Origin: Pseudobdellovibrionaceae bacterium | GTDB taxonomy: Bacteria > Bdellovibrionota > Bdellovibrionia > Bdellovibrionales > Bdellovibrionaceae | DNA length: 15,270 bases | Assembly: GCA_039810425.1 (NCBI GenBank) | Contig: JBDHWW010000063.1 | Span: forward strand, 1-15,270 | Direction: 5' to 3' | Shown here: positions 8,010 through 15,270 of the stretch, one piece after another | Position numbering within the stretch: position 1 is the stretch's first letter | Layout of the letters: each line of letters starts with the position of its first letter | The notes under the pieces: generated by a model | Database searches by the model: none | What the model was told of the DNA's origin: nothing | What the model saw: only the letters and a program-made list of their open reading frames with translations | Made by a program: the position numbers and the translations under genes

Positions 8010-10691
8010 ATGCTTGTAACGAAAAACTCCACGCACTTCTTTGCGAAAAACGAGGCTGGCGGCAAGGGTTTTAACCTGTACTTGATGACCAAAGCCGGTA
8101 TTCCCGTTCCCGAGTGGGTGGTTTTCGGCCGTCGCTACTTCCAAGACTTTGTTAAGAGTGCCGGCATCCACCAAGAGCTCTACCAACTGGTGGAAAAAGT
8201 CATTCACGGTCATATCACCGCCAAGGACGCCGAAGCCGCGATCGAGAAACTCTTTGCCGCTGGCAACACGACCGCTTTGCTGTCTTCGAGCATTGATCAA
8301 GCCTTGCAAATGCTGGGCGCCGATAAGGTTTTTTCCGTGCGCTCCTCGGCGGCGGACGAGGACGGCCTTTCACACTCCTTTGCCGGCCAGCTTTCTAGTT
8401 TCTTGTATGTAAACGGCAAGGAAGATATTTTAACGTACATTAAAAAATGCTGGGCTTCGGCGTTCTCTGAGCGCGGCCTGATTTACCGTAAGGAAAACCA
8501 AATCGATCCGCACAAAATCTCGGTTTCCGTGGTTCTTCAGCGCATGATCGATCCGGAAAAGTCCGGCGTGATGTTTACCTGCGACCCGGTAACCGGCAAA
8601 CTGGACAATTACGTCGTGTCGTCCGTTTATGGCGTTGGCGAAGGCCTTGTATCAGGCGCCTTGGATGCGGACTCCTACTGGTTGCACCAGCACACCGGTG
8701 ATCTGGTGAAATCTGAAATCATCGAAAAGAAAGAGATGATGAAGAAATCAAGCTCCGGCCACTGTCGCCTGCATCCAGTCGCTGCCGAGCTGGTCCTACA
8801 GCCGTCTTTAAATGGAAAAGAATTGCTGGGCTTGTATAAGCTGGGTCGCTTGATCCACGACCAGTATCACCGTCCGCAAGATATCGAGTGGGCGATTGAA
8901 AATGGAACCTTTTATATTCTGCAAACCCGTCCTGTGACGAATTTGCAATCAGATCTCGTTGGTTATCCGAATCTTTGGGATAATTCGAATATTATCGAAT
9001 CTTACGGCGGTTTGACCTCACCGCTGAGCTTTAGCTTTGCGCTTAGAAACTACAAGGCCGTCTACATCCAGTTCTGCGAAGTCTTAGGTGTACCGAATGA
9101 AATTATCAAGGACATGGATTCTTACTTAAGCTACATGCTGGGAAGCATTGATGGCCGCGTCTATTACAATCTCTTTAACTGGTACAAACTCGTCGGCGTT
9201 CTTCCGGGCTTTAAACAAAACCGCGAGTTCATGGAAACCATGATGGGCGTGTCTGAGGGCCTGACGGATGAAATCGCCAACCGGATTAAGCCCCACCCGT
9301 CTTGGGATACGTTCACCGGCAAGCTTCGCAAAATGGTGACCGGTTTTAACTTTATAAAGTACCACTTCACGATTCAAACAGTGGTGGATGACTTTTTAAA
9401 GACCTTCCATCGCGATTACGACAAGTATCGCGCGATGCCGCTCGCAAGCATGCGTGGCGATCAGCTCTTACGCGTGTACTTGGATGTGGAGCGCAACATG
9501 CTCGGCCGCTGGAAGGCACCGATCATCAATGACTTCCTTTGCATGGTGCACTTTGGCCTCTTACGCAAACTCACGACAACATGGTTGTCGAGCCTTGATT
9601 CAACTATTCAGAATGATCTTCTGGCCGGTGAAGGCGGACTTGAAAGCGCGGAGCCGACGAAGGCCTTACTGCGCCTCGCTGCGGAAGCGATCAAAGATGC
9701 CGATCTCAAGCGAATCATCGAAACGACGGATCCGAAAGACGGCCTCGAGGCTTTAAATCAGTCAAAGCACCGCAATTTCTACAATATGGTCCTCGATTAT
9801 CTCGATCGCTTTGGTTTCCGTTGCATGAGCGAGATGAAGCTTGAAGAAATTGATTTGCTGACGGACCCGTCTTATTTGTTTGTCTGTCTTAAGAACTACT
9901 TAAAGGCCGGCAAAGTGGAAGTCCACGATGACTCCCGCGAGAGGTCTCTGCGTGCGGCCTCTGAAAAGAAGGTCGAGGAGCATCTCTCGGGAATGCGCAA
10001 AAAGATTTACTTCTGGGTTCTCAAGCATGCCCGCAAGGCGGTGAAGAACCGCGAAAACACCCGTTTTGCACGGACACGTATTTATGGAATTGCCCGCACG
10101 ATCTTCCAGAACATCGGTGAAGATCTGGCCAACATAGGCGCGCTTCATAATGGCCGCGACGTTTTTTGGCTGACCATTGAAGAGGTCTTCGGGATTTACA
10201 ATGGAACACTGCCCTCTTACAATCTTCAGGCCTTCGTCAACTTGCGCAAGTCCGATTACGCGAAGTTCACTGAAGACACGGATCCACGCATCCTGACCCG
10301 GGGAGCGGTCTACTGGAACAATCCTTTCGTTAAAGAAGAAGAGGTTTCCATGAATATCGCGGAAGGCGAAGACTGTGATCTCAAGGGTCTGCCCTGCTGC
10401 CCGGGCGTTCTCGAGGGAACGGTGAAAGTAATTTTAAATCCGACCGACAACTTGGATTTGAATGGCGAGATTCTCGTGACGGCGAGAACCGACCCGGGAT
10501 GGGTTCCACTCTATCCGGCGATCTCGGGCTTGCTGGTGGAACGCGGAAGTTTGCTTTCCCACTCCGCGATCGTGGCGCGTGAAATGGCCATTCCCGCCAT
10601 TGTCAGCATTCCCGGCCTGACAAAGACTTTGAAGACCGGCATGCGAATTCGTATGGACGGCAAAGCCGGCACGATTAAAATTTTGGAATGA
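8010..10691 (+). CDS. PEP-utilising dikinase-type phosphotransferase (ATP-grasp, central substrate domain, C-terminal phospho-His swivel; RPH/PigC-like order)
   Basis: ATP-grasp motifs GGKG, VRSSAADED...SFAGQ, GVGEGLVSG, PQDIEWA and LQTRPVT. Swivel motifs GEILVTARTDPGW and GSLLSHSAIVARE (His851). No C-terminal PEP-binding TIM barrel, so it is not PpsA or PPDK. Confidence 0.88.
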   Translation: MLVTKNSTHFFAKNEAGGKGFNLYLMTKAGIPVPEWVVFGRRYFQDFVKSAGIHQELYQLVEKVIHGHITAKDAEAAIEKLFAAGNTTALLSSSIDQALQMLGADKVFSVRSSAADEDGLSHSFAGQLSSFLYVNGKEDILTYIKKCWASAFSERGLIYRKENQIDPHKISVSVVLQRMIDPEKSGVMFTCDPVTGKLDNYVVSSVYGVGEGLVSGALDADSYWLHQHTGDLVKSEIIEKKEMMKKSSSGHCRLHPVAAELVLQPSLNGKELLGLYKLGRLIHDQYHRPQDIEWAIENGTFYILQTRPVTNLQSDLVGYPNLWDNSNIIESYGGLTSPLSFSFALRNYKAVYIQFCEVLGVPNEIIKDMDSYLSYMLGSIDGRVYYNLFNWYKLVGVLPGFKQNREFMETMMGVSEGLTDEIANRIKPHPSWDTFTGKLRKMVTGFNFIKYHFTIQTVVDDFLKTFHRDYDKYRAMPLASMRGDQLLRVYLDVERNMLGRWKAPIINDFLCMVHFGLLRKLTTTWLSSLDSTIQNDLLAGEGGLESAEPTKALLRLAAEAIKDADLKRIIETTDPKDGLEALNQSKHRNFYNMVLDYLDRFGFRCMSEMKLEEIDLLTDPSYLFVCLKNYLKAGKVEVHDDSRERSLRAASEKKVEEHLSGMRKKIYFWVLKHARKAVKNRENTRFARTRIYGIARTIFQNIGEDLANIGALHNGRDVFWLTIEEVFGIYNGTLPSYNLQAFVNLRKSDYAKFTEDTDPRILTRGAVYWNNPFVKEEEVSMNIAEGEDCDLKGLPCCPGVLEGTVKVILNPTDNLDLNGEILVTARTDPGWVPLYPAISGLLVERGSLLSHSAIVAREMAIPAIVSIPGLTKTLKTGMRIRMDGKAGTIKILE

Positions 10692-10712
10692 TCGAAGGTG
10701 GCTTCAGGCAAT

Positions 10713-12857
10713 CTACCGAGAACCACTCTTGGCGCGTAAACGCGACAGCGCGAGGGAGCGGGTCAGTTCGATCTCTTTGTCGGAGACGATACCCATATGG
10801 CCCTGGATGGCGGCAAGTTCGACTCCGTGCTTGCGAGCCATCTTGTAGATGCCCTTGACTTTGTTCCACTCGATATCCCGGCCCATGGTGAAAGATTCAA
10901 ACTGTCCTTCCAACGCCAGCAAAGCGGTTTCAGCCAAGCAGGCATAAACCGCTTTGCCCGGAAGCCCCAAGTCACAGGTGATTTGCGCTGGACCCGGCAA
11001 AAGCACTTCGCCTGATTCGATGATCAAAACATCCGGGCGTTTCTTCGCATCTTCTTTGTCAAAATCGAGTGGTCGCGAACAATCACAGACGACACAACCC
11101 GGTTTTAATCTCATCACATCAATGATCTTCTGATCAAAGGCCGACGTGGCGGTCACTAGCGCGTCCGCCTGACCGGCGATTTCATTGGCATCCGTGGCGG
11201 TCAGGATTTCGCTGCGTGGAGCCAACTGACGGATCTCCGCCGCCAACTCATCCAAACGGTTTTGGCGAGGGGCCACTAAGCAAACTTTTTTAAAGGTCAA
11301 GGCCAAGAGCTTCGCGGACACTTTGCCGATGGAGCCCGTCGCACCGATGACCATGGCCATCCCATCCACTAATCCCGTATTCGGATCATTCTTAACCAGA
11401 TTCATTTTTTTAACGACTTCAGCTAAAGCCCAAAGCGTCGCGCTCGCGCTGAGACTATTGCCGGTTGTCACAGGAATCGGCGAATTGCGATTGATCGTCA
11501 CACCCGCATCGCCAACAACTTTCGTGTAAGCGCCTAGTCCAACGATCTTTGCTCCACGATTTGCGGCATCATAGCAGATCTTTTCGATTTTCGCGTAAGT
11601 AACCTCTGGATCTTCTTCTTTTAAAACCTTCGGCGTCGACAACAGGCCATAAATCAAACCATTCACTTCGCGGCCGCTTTCTTTACTGATCACGTGCTGG
11701 ACACTTCCGTAAATGATCGCCGGGGTCTTTGAAACAAGGCGATCAAAAGGATCGTTAAATTTCTGCGGCATCTTGCGCAACAAGCCCAGTCCTGGAATAC
11801 GCAATAAATCGCGATGAGAAAGTGCATGAACGACGAACGCAAAATCCGGTTCCTTTTCCCGCAGCAAAATATTTTTTACGCGGTTAATTCCATGCGAGAT
11901 CTTCGCCTGAGTCGATGTACGGTGGCTCACCGTGTACTGGCGGGTCATCTGTCGGACTTCCGGGCGCGGATTAATCAGTTCTTCCCATTCCGACACGGAT
12001 AGCGGAGCCGTTTTCCCATGCACCAGGCGCAGAGTCGCGTCCAAGATAGAGTAATTCATATACGGACTCATTTTGTACTCTTCCGGGAAAAGATTCACCA
12101 CAGAGCGCGGAGCGTATTTTTGCGCTTCTTTTTCCGCAGCCGGGTGATGAGACCAAACAATCAAATCTTTTCCGCGAACAAACTCCACGGCGGAATCAAA
12201 GAGCAATAGGAAAGGATAATCACTCGCCACGTACTGAACTCTTTCCACCTGTGACGCAAGAACGGAGCGGCCCATTTTCTGAATCTGCGTTTCCGCAAGC
12301 GGCGTATTGTTACGCATATCCTTTAAGTTCGCCACGTTCAGCGCAAGCTTCGAGAACGCCATCAAACCGGGCACCGGCGCTTGAATCATCAAAGGCAAAC
12401 CCAGCATCGAGTAAGCGTCACCAATGAAGACTTTTCCCGGATAGGATCTGCGTAAAAACTCTTCGAGCTCCGCGCTGAGCATCGCCGCCGGAAAAAAGAC
12501 GCCTGCTTCCGGGCTGACTTTTCCCGATTCAATGAGCTTAATCATGGAATTCAAATTTGAAATCTCACGAAGACCCGTGCCATCGCATAGAGGCACGGAA
12601 CAAGGCATTCCCATGATCTCAAGGTACTGGCGGTGAACATAGGTTTTCTCATCAAGCTTAATCACCGGAGGCAGGCTGCTCAGCGCGAAGGCATCGACAT
12701 CCATGCGCAAGTTTTGTATGAGTTTTTTAACCAGGTCGACTGAGAAGTTCACACCAAAGCGCTGAACTTCAAAACGGTGTCCCACATATTCATAACTGAA
12801 GGAATCATCCCAATGAGAGCGTCCGAAACTAATCTCAGCGATTCGAAATGTACTCAT
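10713..12857 (-). CDS. Two-domain oxidoreductase: uncharacterised N-terminal domain plus C-terminal acyl-ACP-reductase (AAR)-like domain
   Basis: C-terminal half: FAFVVHAL, GLGAYTKVVGD, TTGNSLSA, Rossmann VIGATGSIG, and YACLAETALLALEGQFESFTMGR, close to cyanobacterial AAR FACFAEAMLLEFEG...FSWGR with the catalytic Cys. ATG 12857 follows a GAGG SD and overlaps the upstream gene by 23 bp. Confidence 0.75.
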   Translation of the reverse strand: MSTFRIAEISFGRSHWDDSFSYEYVGHRFEVQRFGVNFSVDLVKKLIQNLRMDVDAFALSSLPPVIKLDEKTYVHRQYLEIMGMPCSVPLCDGTGLREISNLNSMIKLIESGKVSPEAGVFFPAAMLSAELEEFLRRSYPGKVFIGDAYSMLGLPLMIQAPVPGLMAFSKLALNVANLKDMRNNTPLAETQIQKMGRSVLASQVERVQYVASDYPFLLLFDSAVEFVRGKDLIVWSHHPAAEKEAQKYAPRSVVNLFPEEYKMSPYMNYSILDATLRLVHGKTAPLSVSEWEELINPRPEVRQMTRQYTVSHRTSTQAKISHGINRVKNILLREKEPDFAFVVHALSHRDLLRIPGLGLLRKMPQKFNDPFDRLVSKTPAIIYGSVQHVISKESGREVNGLIYGLLSTPKVLKEEDPEVTYAKIEKICYDAANRGAKIVGLGAYTKVVGDAGVTINRNSPIPVTTGNSLSASATLWALAEVVKKMNLVKNDPNTGLVDGMAMVIGATGSIGKVSAKLLALTFKKVCLVAPRQNRLDELAAEIRQLAPRSEILTATDANEIAGQADALVTATSAFDQKIIDVMRLKPGCVVCDCSRPLDFDKEDAKKRPDVLIIESGEVLLPGPAQITCDLGLPGKAVYACLAETALLALEGQFESFTMGRDIEWNKVKGIYKMARKHGVELAAIQGHMGIVSDKEIELTRSLALSRLRAKSGSR

Positions 12858-13851
12858 TGTAACCTCGCCAGAAAGATTTTTCGTAACTGTCAAACTCAGG
12901 ACACCAGCCTTCGCCAAGAATGTCGCACGTCGAAACCGAGTCGTACTTCGGGAACATCAAAAGATAATTGAGCTGCTCTTCAGGGAACTTCACCGTCCAC
13001 TTCGAGACCTTCGTGAGCAAGGTCTTCGGCGCGCGGCTTACAAAGGTGATTCCGCGATGGGGAATAAAAAGCTGCTTCAATGTTTTGAGATATAAATCGC
13101 GAGTGATCAAGCCCTCTTTCGGTGTGATATGAAAACTCTGGTAACCGGTGGCTTCAGTTGCTTGTGACCATTTGGCAAAACCCGCGACCGCCTCCGCCGC
13201 TTTATCCACCGGCACCAAGGGAAGACGGTTCATTTTTTTGCCTGGCAAGGGAAATGAGGACGGAAAGCTTTCAATAAATTTACGAATTCGCTCGAATGCC
13301 TGTGGCGCATGGTAGGGGCCATCAATGCGCTCGATCTTTCCATTCACGGTGTCGCCGACAAGGACACCCAAACGCATATTAATGCACAGTTTGAAATGCA
13401 TGGACTGATTCACAATCATCTGCTCAGCCAAGGCCTTGCTTTCAGAGTACGGGTCCGGAAACGGGCGGCTAAAATTCAAATCAAACGGCCGCACCATTTT
13501 GAGCGGCGAGTTCACCGCAGCCGCCACGGAGCTTGCGTTCATAAAAACGGGGATTTGCAATTCACGGGCGATTTTCAAAGCGGTTCCTGTCGCTATCACA
13601 TTCTGCTGAAAAGCATCCCTGTGACTGGCCGCGAGGTCGTACAAGCCGGCCAAGTGAATAAAAACATCGTATTTTTTCTTTTTTAGAGCCTCAAGATTCA
13701 AGCCCGCATTCCAGCGGGTCAGATCGCCGCGAACTTCCGCTGTTTCCGAGCGCGAAATCACCTCGACGTCGGCAAATTCACGCAGCATCGGCAAAACCTG
13801 TTTGCCCAGAAACCCCGTCCCGCCTGTCAAAAGAATTTTTATTTTTCCCAT
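12835..13851 (-). CDS. Extended SDR oxidoreductase resembling the N-terminal domain of two-domain fatty acyl-CoA reductases (Maqu_2507/AcrA1-like)
   Basis: LTGGTGFLG, HLAGLYDL, SSVAAA, catalytic YSESK, GVLVGD..NGKIERIDGPY and LPLVPVD. ATG 13851 overlaps the kinase gene end by 13 bp. Confidence 0.82.
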   Translation of the reverse strand: MGKIKILLTGGTGFLGKQVLPMLREFADVEVISRSETAEVRGDLTRWNAGLNLEALKKKKYDVFIHLAGLYDLAASHRDAFQQNVIATGTALKIARELQIPVFMNASSVAAAVNSPLKMVRPFDLNFSRPFPDPYSESKALAEQMIVNQSMHFKLCINMRLGVLVGDTVNGKIERIDGPYHAPQAFERIRKFIESFPSSFPLPGKKMNRLPLVPVDKAAEAVAGFAKWSQATEATGYQSFHITPKEGLITRDLYLKTLKQLFIPHRGITFVSRAPKTLLTKVSKWTVKFPEEQLNYLLMFPKYDSVSTCDILGEGWCPEFDSYEKSFWRGYNEYISNR

Positions 13852-14855
13852 CGGACTGAGCCCACGACGACAGGAAGGCCTTTGTGCAGGCATTTCACAG
13901 ACAACTCCGCCACGTCTTTGAAAAGAATCTCGCCGTCGCCGAAGAAAGTAATCGGGCGGTTGGGATTCTTCGCGCGGACCTTGAACTCGGTGATCTCATA
14001 AGATGTAAAGCGCTTCGATTGGCTGACGGTCCCTTTTCTCAAATGCCAGAACGAGGATAGGTGTTCACGAACGCGGCGGCCTTCGGCGAGCAGTAAGTTC
14101 ACAGTGCCATCGGTATTGGAAGTAAATGGCGCCGGCAAGAACTTGTTGCCGATGCTCGGTTGATTGTTGACCAGGACAATGGGCGCATCGCTGGCGAATT
14201 TTTTATCTCCTGGAAGTTCAAATTCAAGCTCCCAGCCGTTCGGATCCCAGGTGCGCAAGGCTTCGGCCACCATCAGCGAATAAACGCCTGGGCCGATTTT
14301 TTTAATAAGCCGGTAGCTGTTTTTGGCAATCGACTTAAAGACCGTCGCGGTTTGCGGGCAGTTCGCCACTTTTTGCAAACTCGAACGCACCTTGTTCGCG
14401 AGATCCGCAGTCATCGCGGGGATGCCGAACCCGCCGTTGGTTAACATGAAGGCTTTTTTGTCTCCGGAAGAAATTTGAATGATGTCGATGTTGCGGACGG
14501 AGCCCTCGAGGATGTTGCGAACTGCTTGATCAATCCGGTGGCTGATGCCGATTTCATGAGCCAAGTCATTCGCCGTCCCCGAACGCACGATCGCGATCGG
14601 CGGAATTTTTGTCAGGTCTTCTCCGGCGTGGACAAGGTATTGCAAGCACGTGTTAACGGTGCCGTCGCCACCGCAAATAAGGAAGTAGTCGGTTTTCTGC
14701 GCAAGTTCCTCGCACAAAAATTGGCCCATCTCTTCGAGAGTCTTGGCCTTCGAGAAAACCAATTCACAGCGAAACAGAGCGGTACGGATTTTTTCTTCGA
14801 TCAACGCGGGGTTCACGGAGCCCGCCTTTGGGTTGATGACAACAGAGACTCTCAC
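13839..14855 (-). CDS. Diacylglycerol/sphingosine-kinase-family lipid kinase (DAGK_cat, YegS/DgkB-like)
   Basis: INPKAG, CGGDGT, SGTANDLA and GDGE motifs. Start taken as GTG 14855 (AGGA 8 nt upstream). ATG 14864 is the alternative. Confidence 0.9.
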   Translation of the reverse strand: MRVSVVINPKAGSVNPALIEEKIRTALFRCELVFSKAKTLEEMGQFLCEELAQKTDYFLICGGDGTVNTCLQYLVHAGEDLTKIPPIAIVRSGTANDLAHEIGISHRIDQAVRNILEGSVRNIDIIQISSGDKKAFMLTNGGFGIPAMTADLANKVRSSLQKVANCPQTATVFKSIAKNSYRLIKKIGPGVYSLMVAEALRTWDPNGWELEFELPGDKKFASDAPIVLVNNQPSIGNKFLPAPFTSNTDGTVNLLLAEGRRVREHLSSFWHLRKGTVSQSKRFTSYEITEFKVRAKNPNRPITFFGDGEILFKDVAELSVKCLHKGLPVVVGSVRWEK

Positions 14856-14878
14856 TGGACACATCCTTCCATATGACT

Positions 14879-14907
14879 TTAATAGCAATCAATATTCCAG
14901 TACTCAA
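14879..14907 (-). promoter_or_regulatory. Putative sigma70 promoter of the kinase-SDR-AAR operon
   Basis: The minus strand reads TTGAGT, a 17 nt spacer, then TATTAA, with TG at the extended -10 position. Confidence 0.4.
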
Positions 14908-14994
14908 GCCCGTCTCCGGCACTCTGGCCCTGTCCTAAGGACCCAGGACCGTCTATCCTTTAGACAAAAGCCCTAGAGCGGCCCTCGTTGCTGT

Positions 14995-15270
14995 GGCCTC
15001 TCGGGTTTTAGCTGTGGGTAGGTTTCATGCCAGGCTGCTATATTTGAATAGACGGCGGGTATCCATGTGTCTCGAATTGAGAAATCCACATCGTTGAAGG
15101 ATCTTTAGCATAAAGGATTCCTCGTTCTGATAACTGTAAGCCATCGCCTTTAAAACTCGGATCTTGTTGTTGAGTCCTTCACTGATAGCCGTAGTTATTA
15201 ACCAGAGCAATACATAGTTTGCATTTTTCCCAGAAAAATTGTAGTCTGAGGAGATGGGCAAAGACGGACG
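14995..15270 (-). mobile_element. ISL3-family insertion sequence remnant (3' end with probable degenerate terminal inverted repeat)
   Basis: Transposase C-terminal motif followed shortly after the stop by ACCCACAGCTAAAACCCGAGAGGCC, which resembles ISL3 ends (...GAAGAGCC). The other end is not visible. Confidence 0.55.
15025..15261 (-). pseudogene. ISL3-family transposase C-terminal fragment
   Basis: TTAISEGLNNKIRVLKAMAYSYQNEESFMLKILQRCGFLN matches the ISL3 consensus TNxxxEGxNNKIKxxKRxAYGYRN. The usual R and G are substituted and the upstream sequence is poorly similar. Cut by the window edge. Confidence 0.75.

Noticed and set aside
8010..10691. Calling the gene ppsA or rph
   Set aside because: The domain order excludes PpsA. 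The biosynthetic context, and my inability to verify rifampin-binding residues, give no support for rph.
10692..10712. Bidirectional terminator at the convergent junction
   Set aside because: Only a 4 bp stem (GAAG-GTGG-CTTC) and no U-tract in the 21 bp gap.
4729..13851. oleABCD olefin cluster
   Set aside because: No OleA, the hydrolase has a Ser nucleophile, and the SDR looks FAR-like rather than OleD-like.
1..15270. CRISPR arrays, tRNA/rRNA genes, long tandem repeats
   Set aside because: None seen by eye, and the intergenic gaps are too short for an array.

Overview
The window holds a roughly 12 kb, eight-gene block that looks like lipid or small-molecule biosynthesis (2772-14855), arranged in three units. 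(1) A divergent BtaA/DUF3419-like aminocarboxypropyl transferase. (2) A tightly coupled + strand operon: formyltransferase, alpha/beta-hydrolase-OleC-like adenylating enzyme fusion, UbiA-like membrane protein, and a PEP-utilising dikinase with RPH/PigC-type domain order. (3) A convergent, overlapping - strand operon: DAGK-family lipid kinase, extended SDR resembling the N-terminal domain of fatty acyl-CoA reductases, and a two-domain protein ending in an acyl-ACP-reductase-like domain. To the left are hutU and a small exported AgmX/PglI (TonB-C-like) protein. Both window ends carry transposase remnants, the right one ISL3-like. The gene content suggests a Bdellovibrionota-like host (inference). 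The main candidate for an undescribed system is a pathway for an unusual aminocarboxypropylated, possibly N-formylated, alkyl/prenyl lipid. All family calls come from recalled motifs, not database searches.
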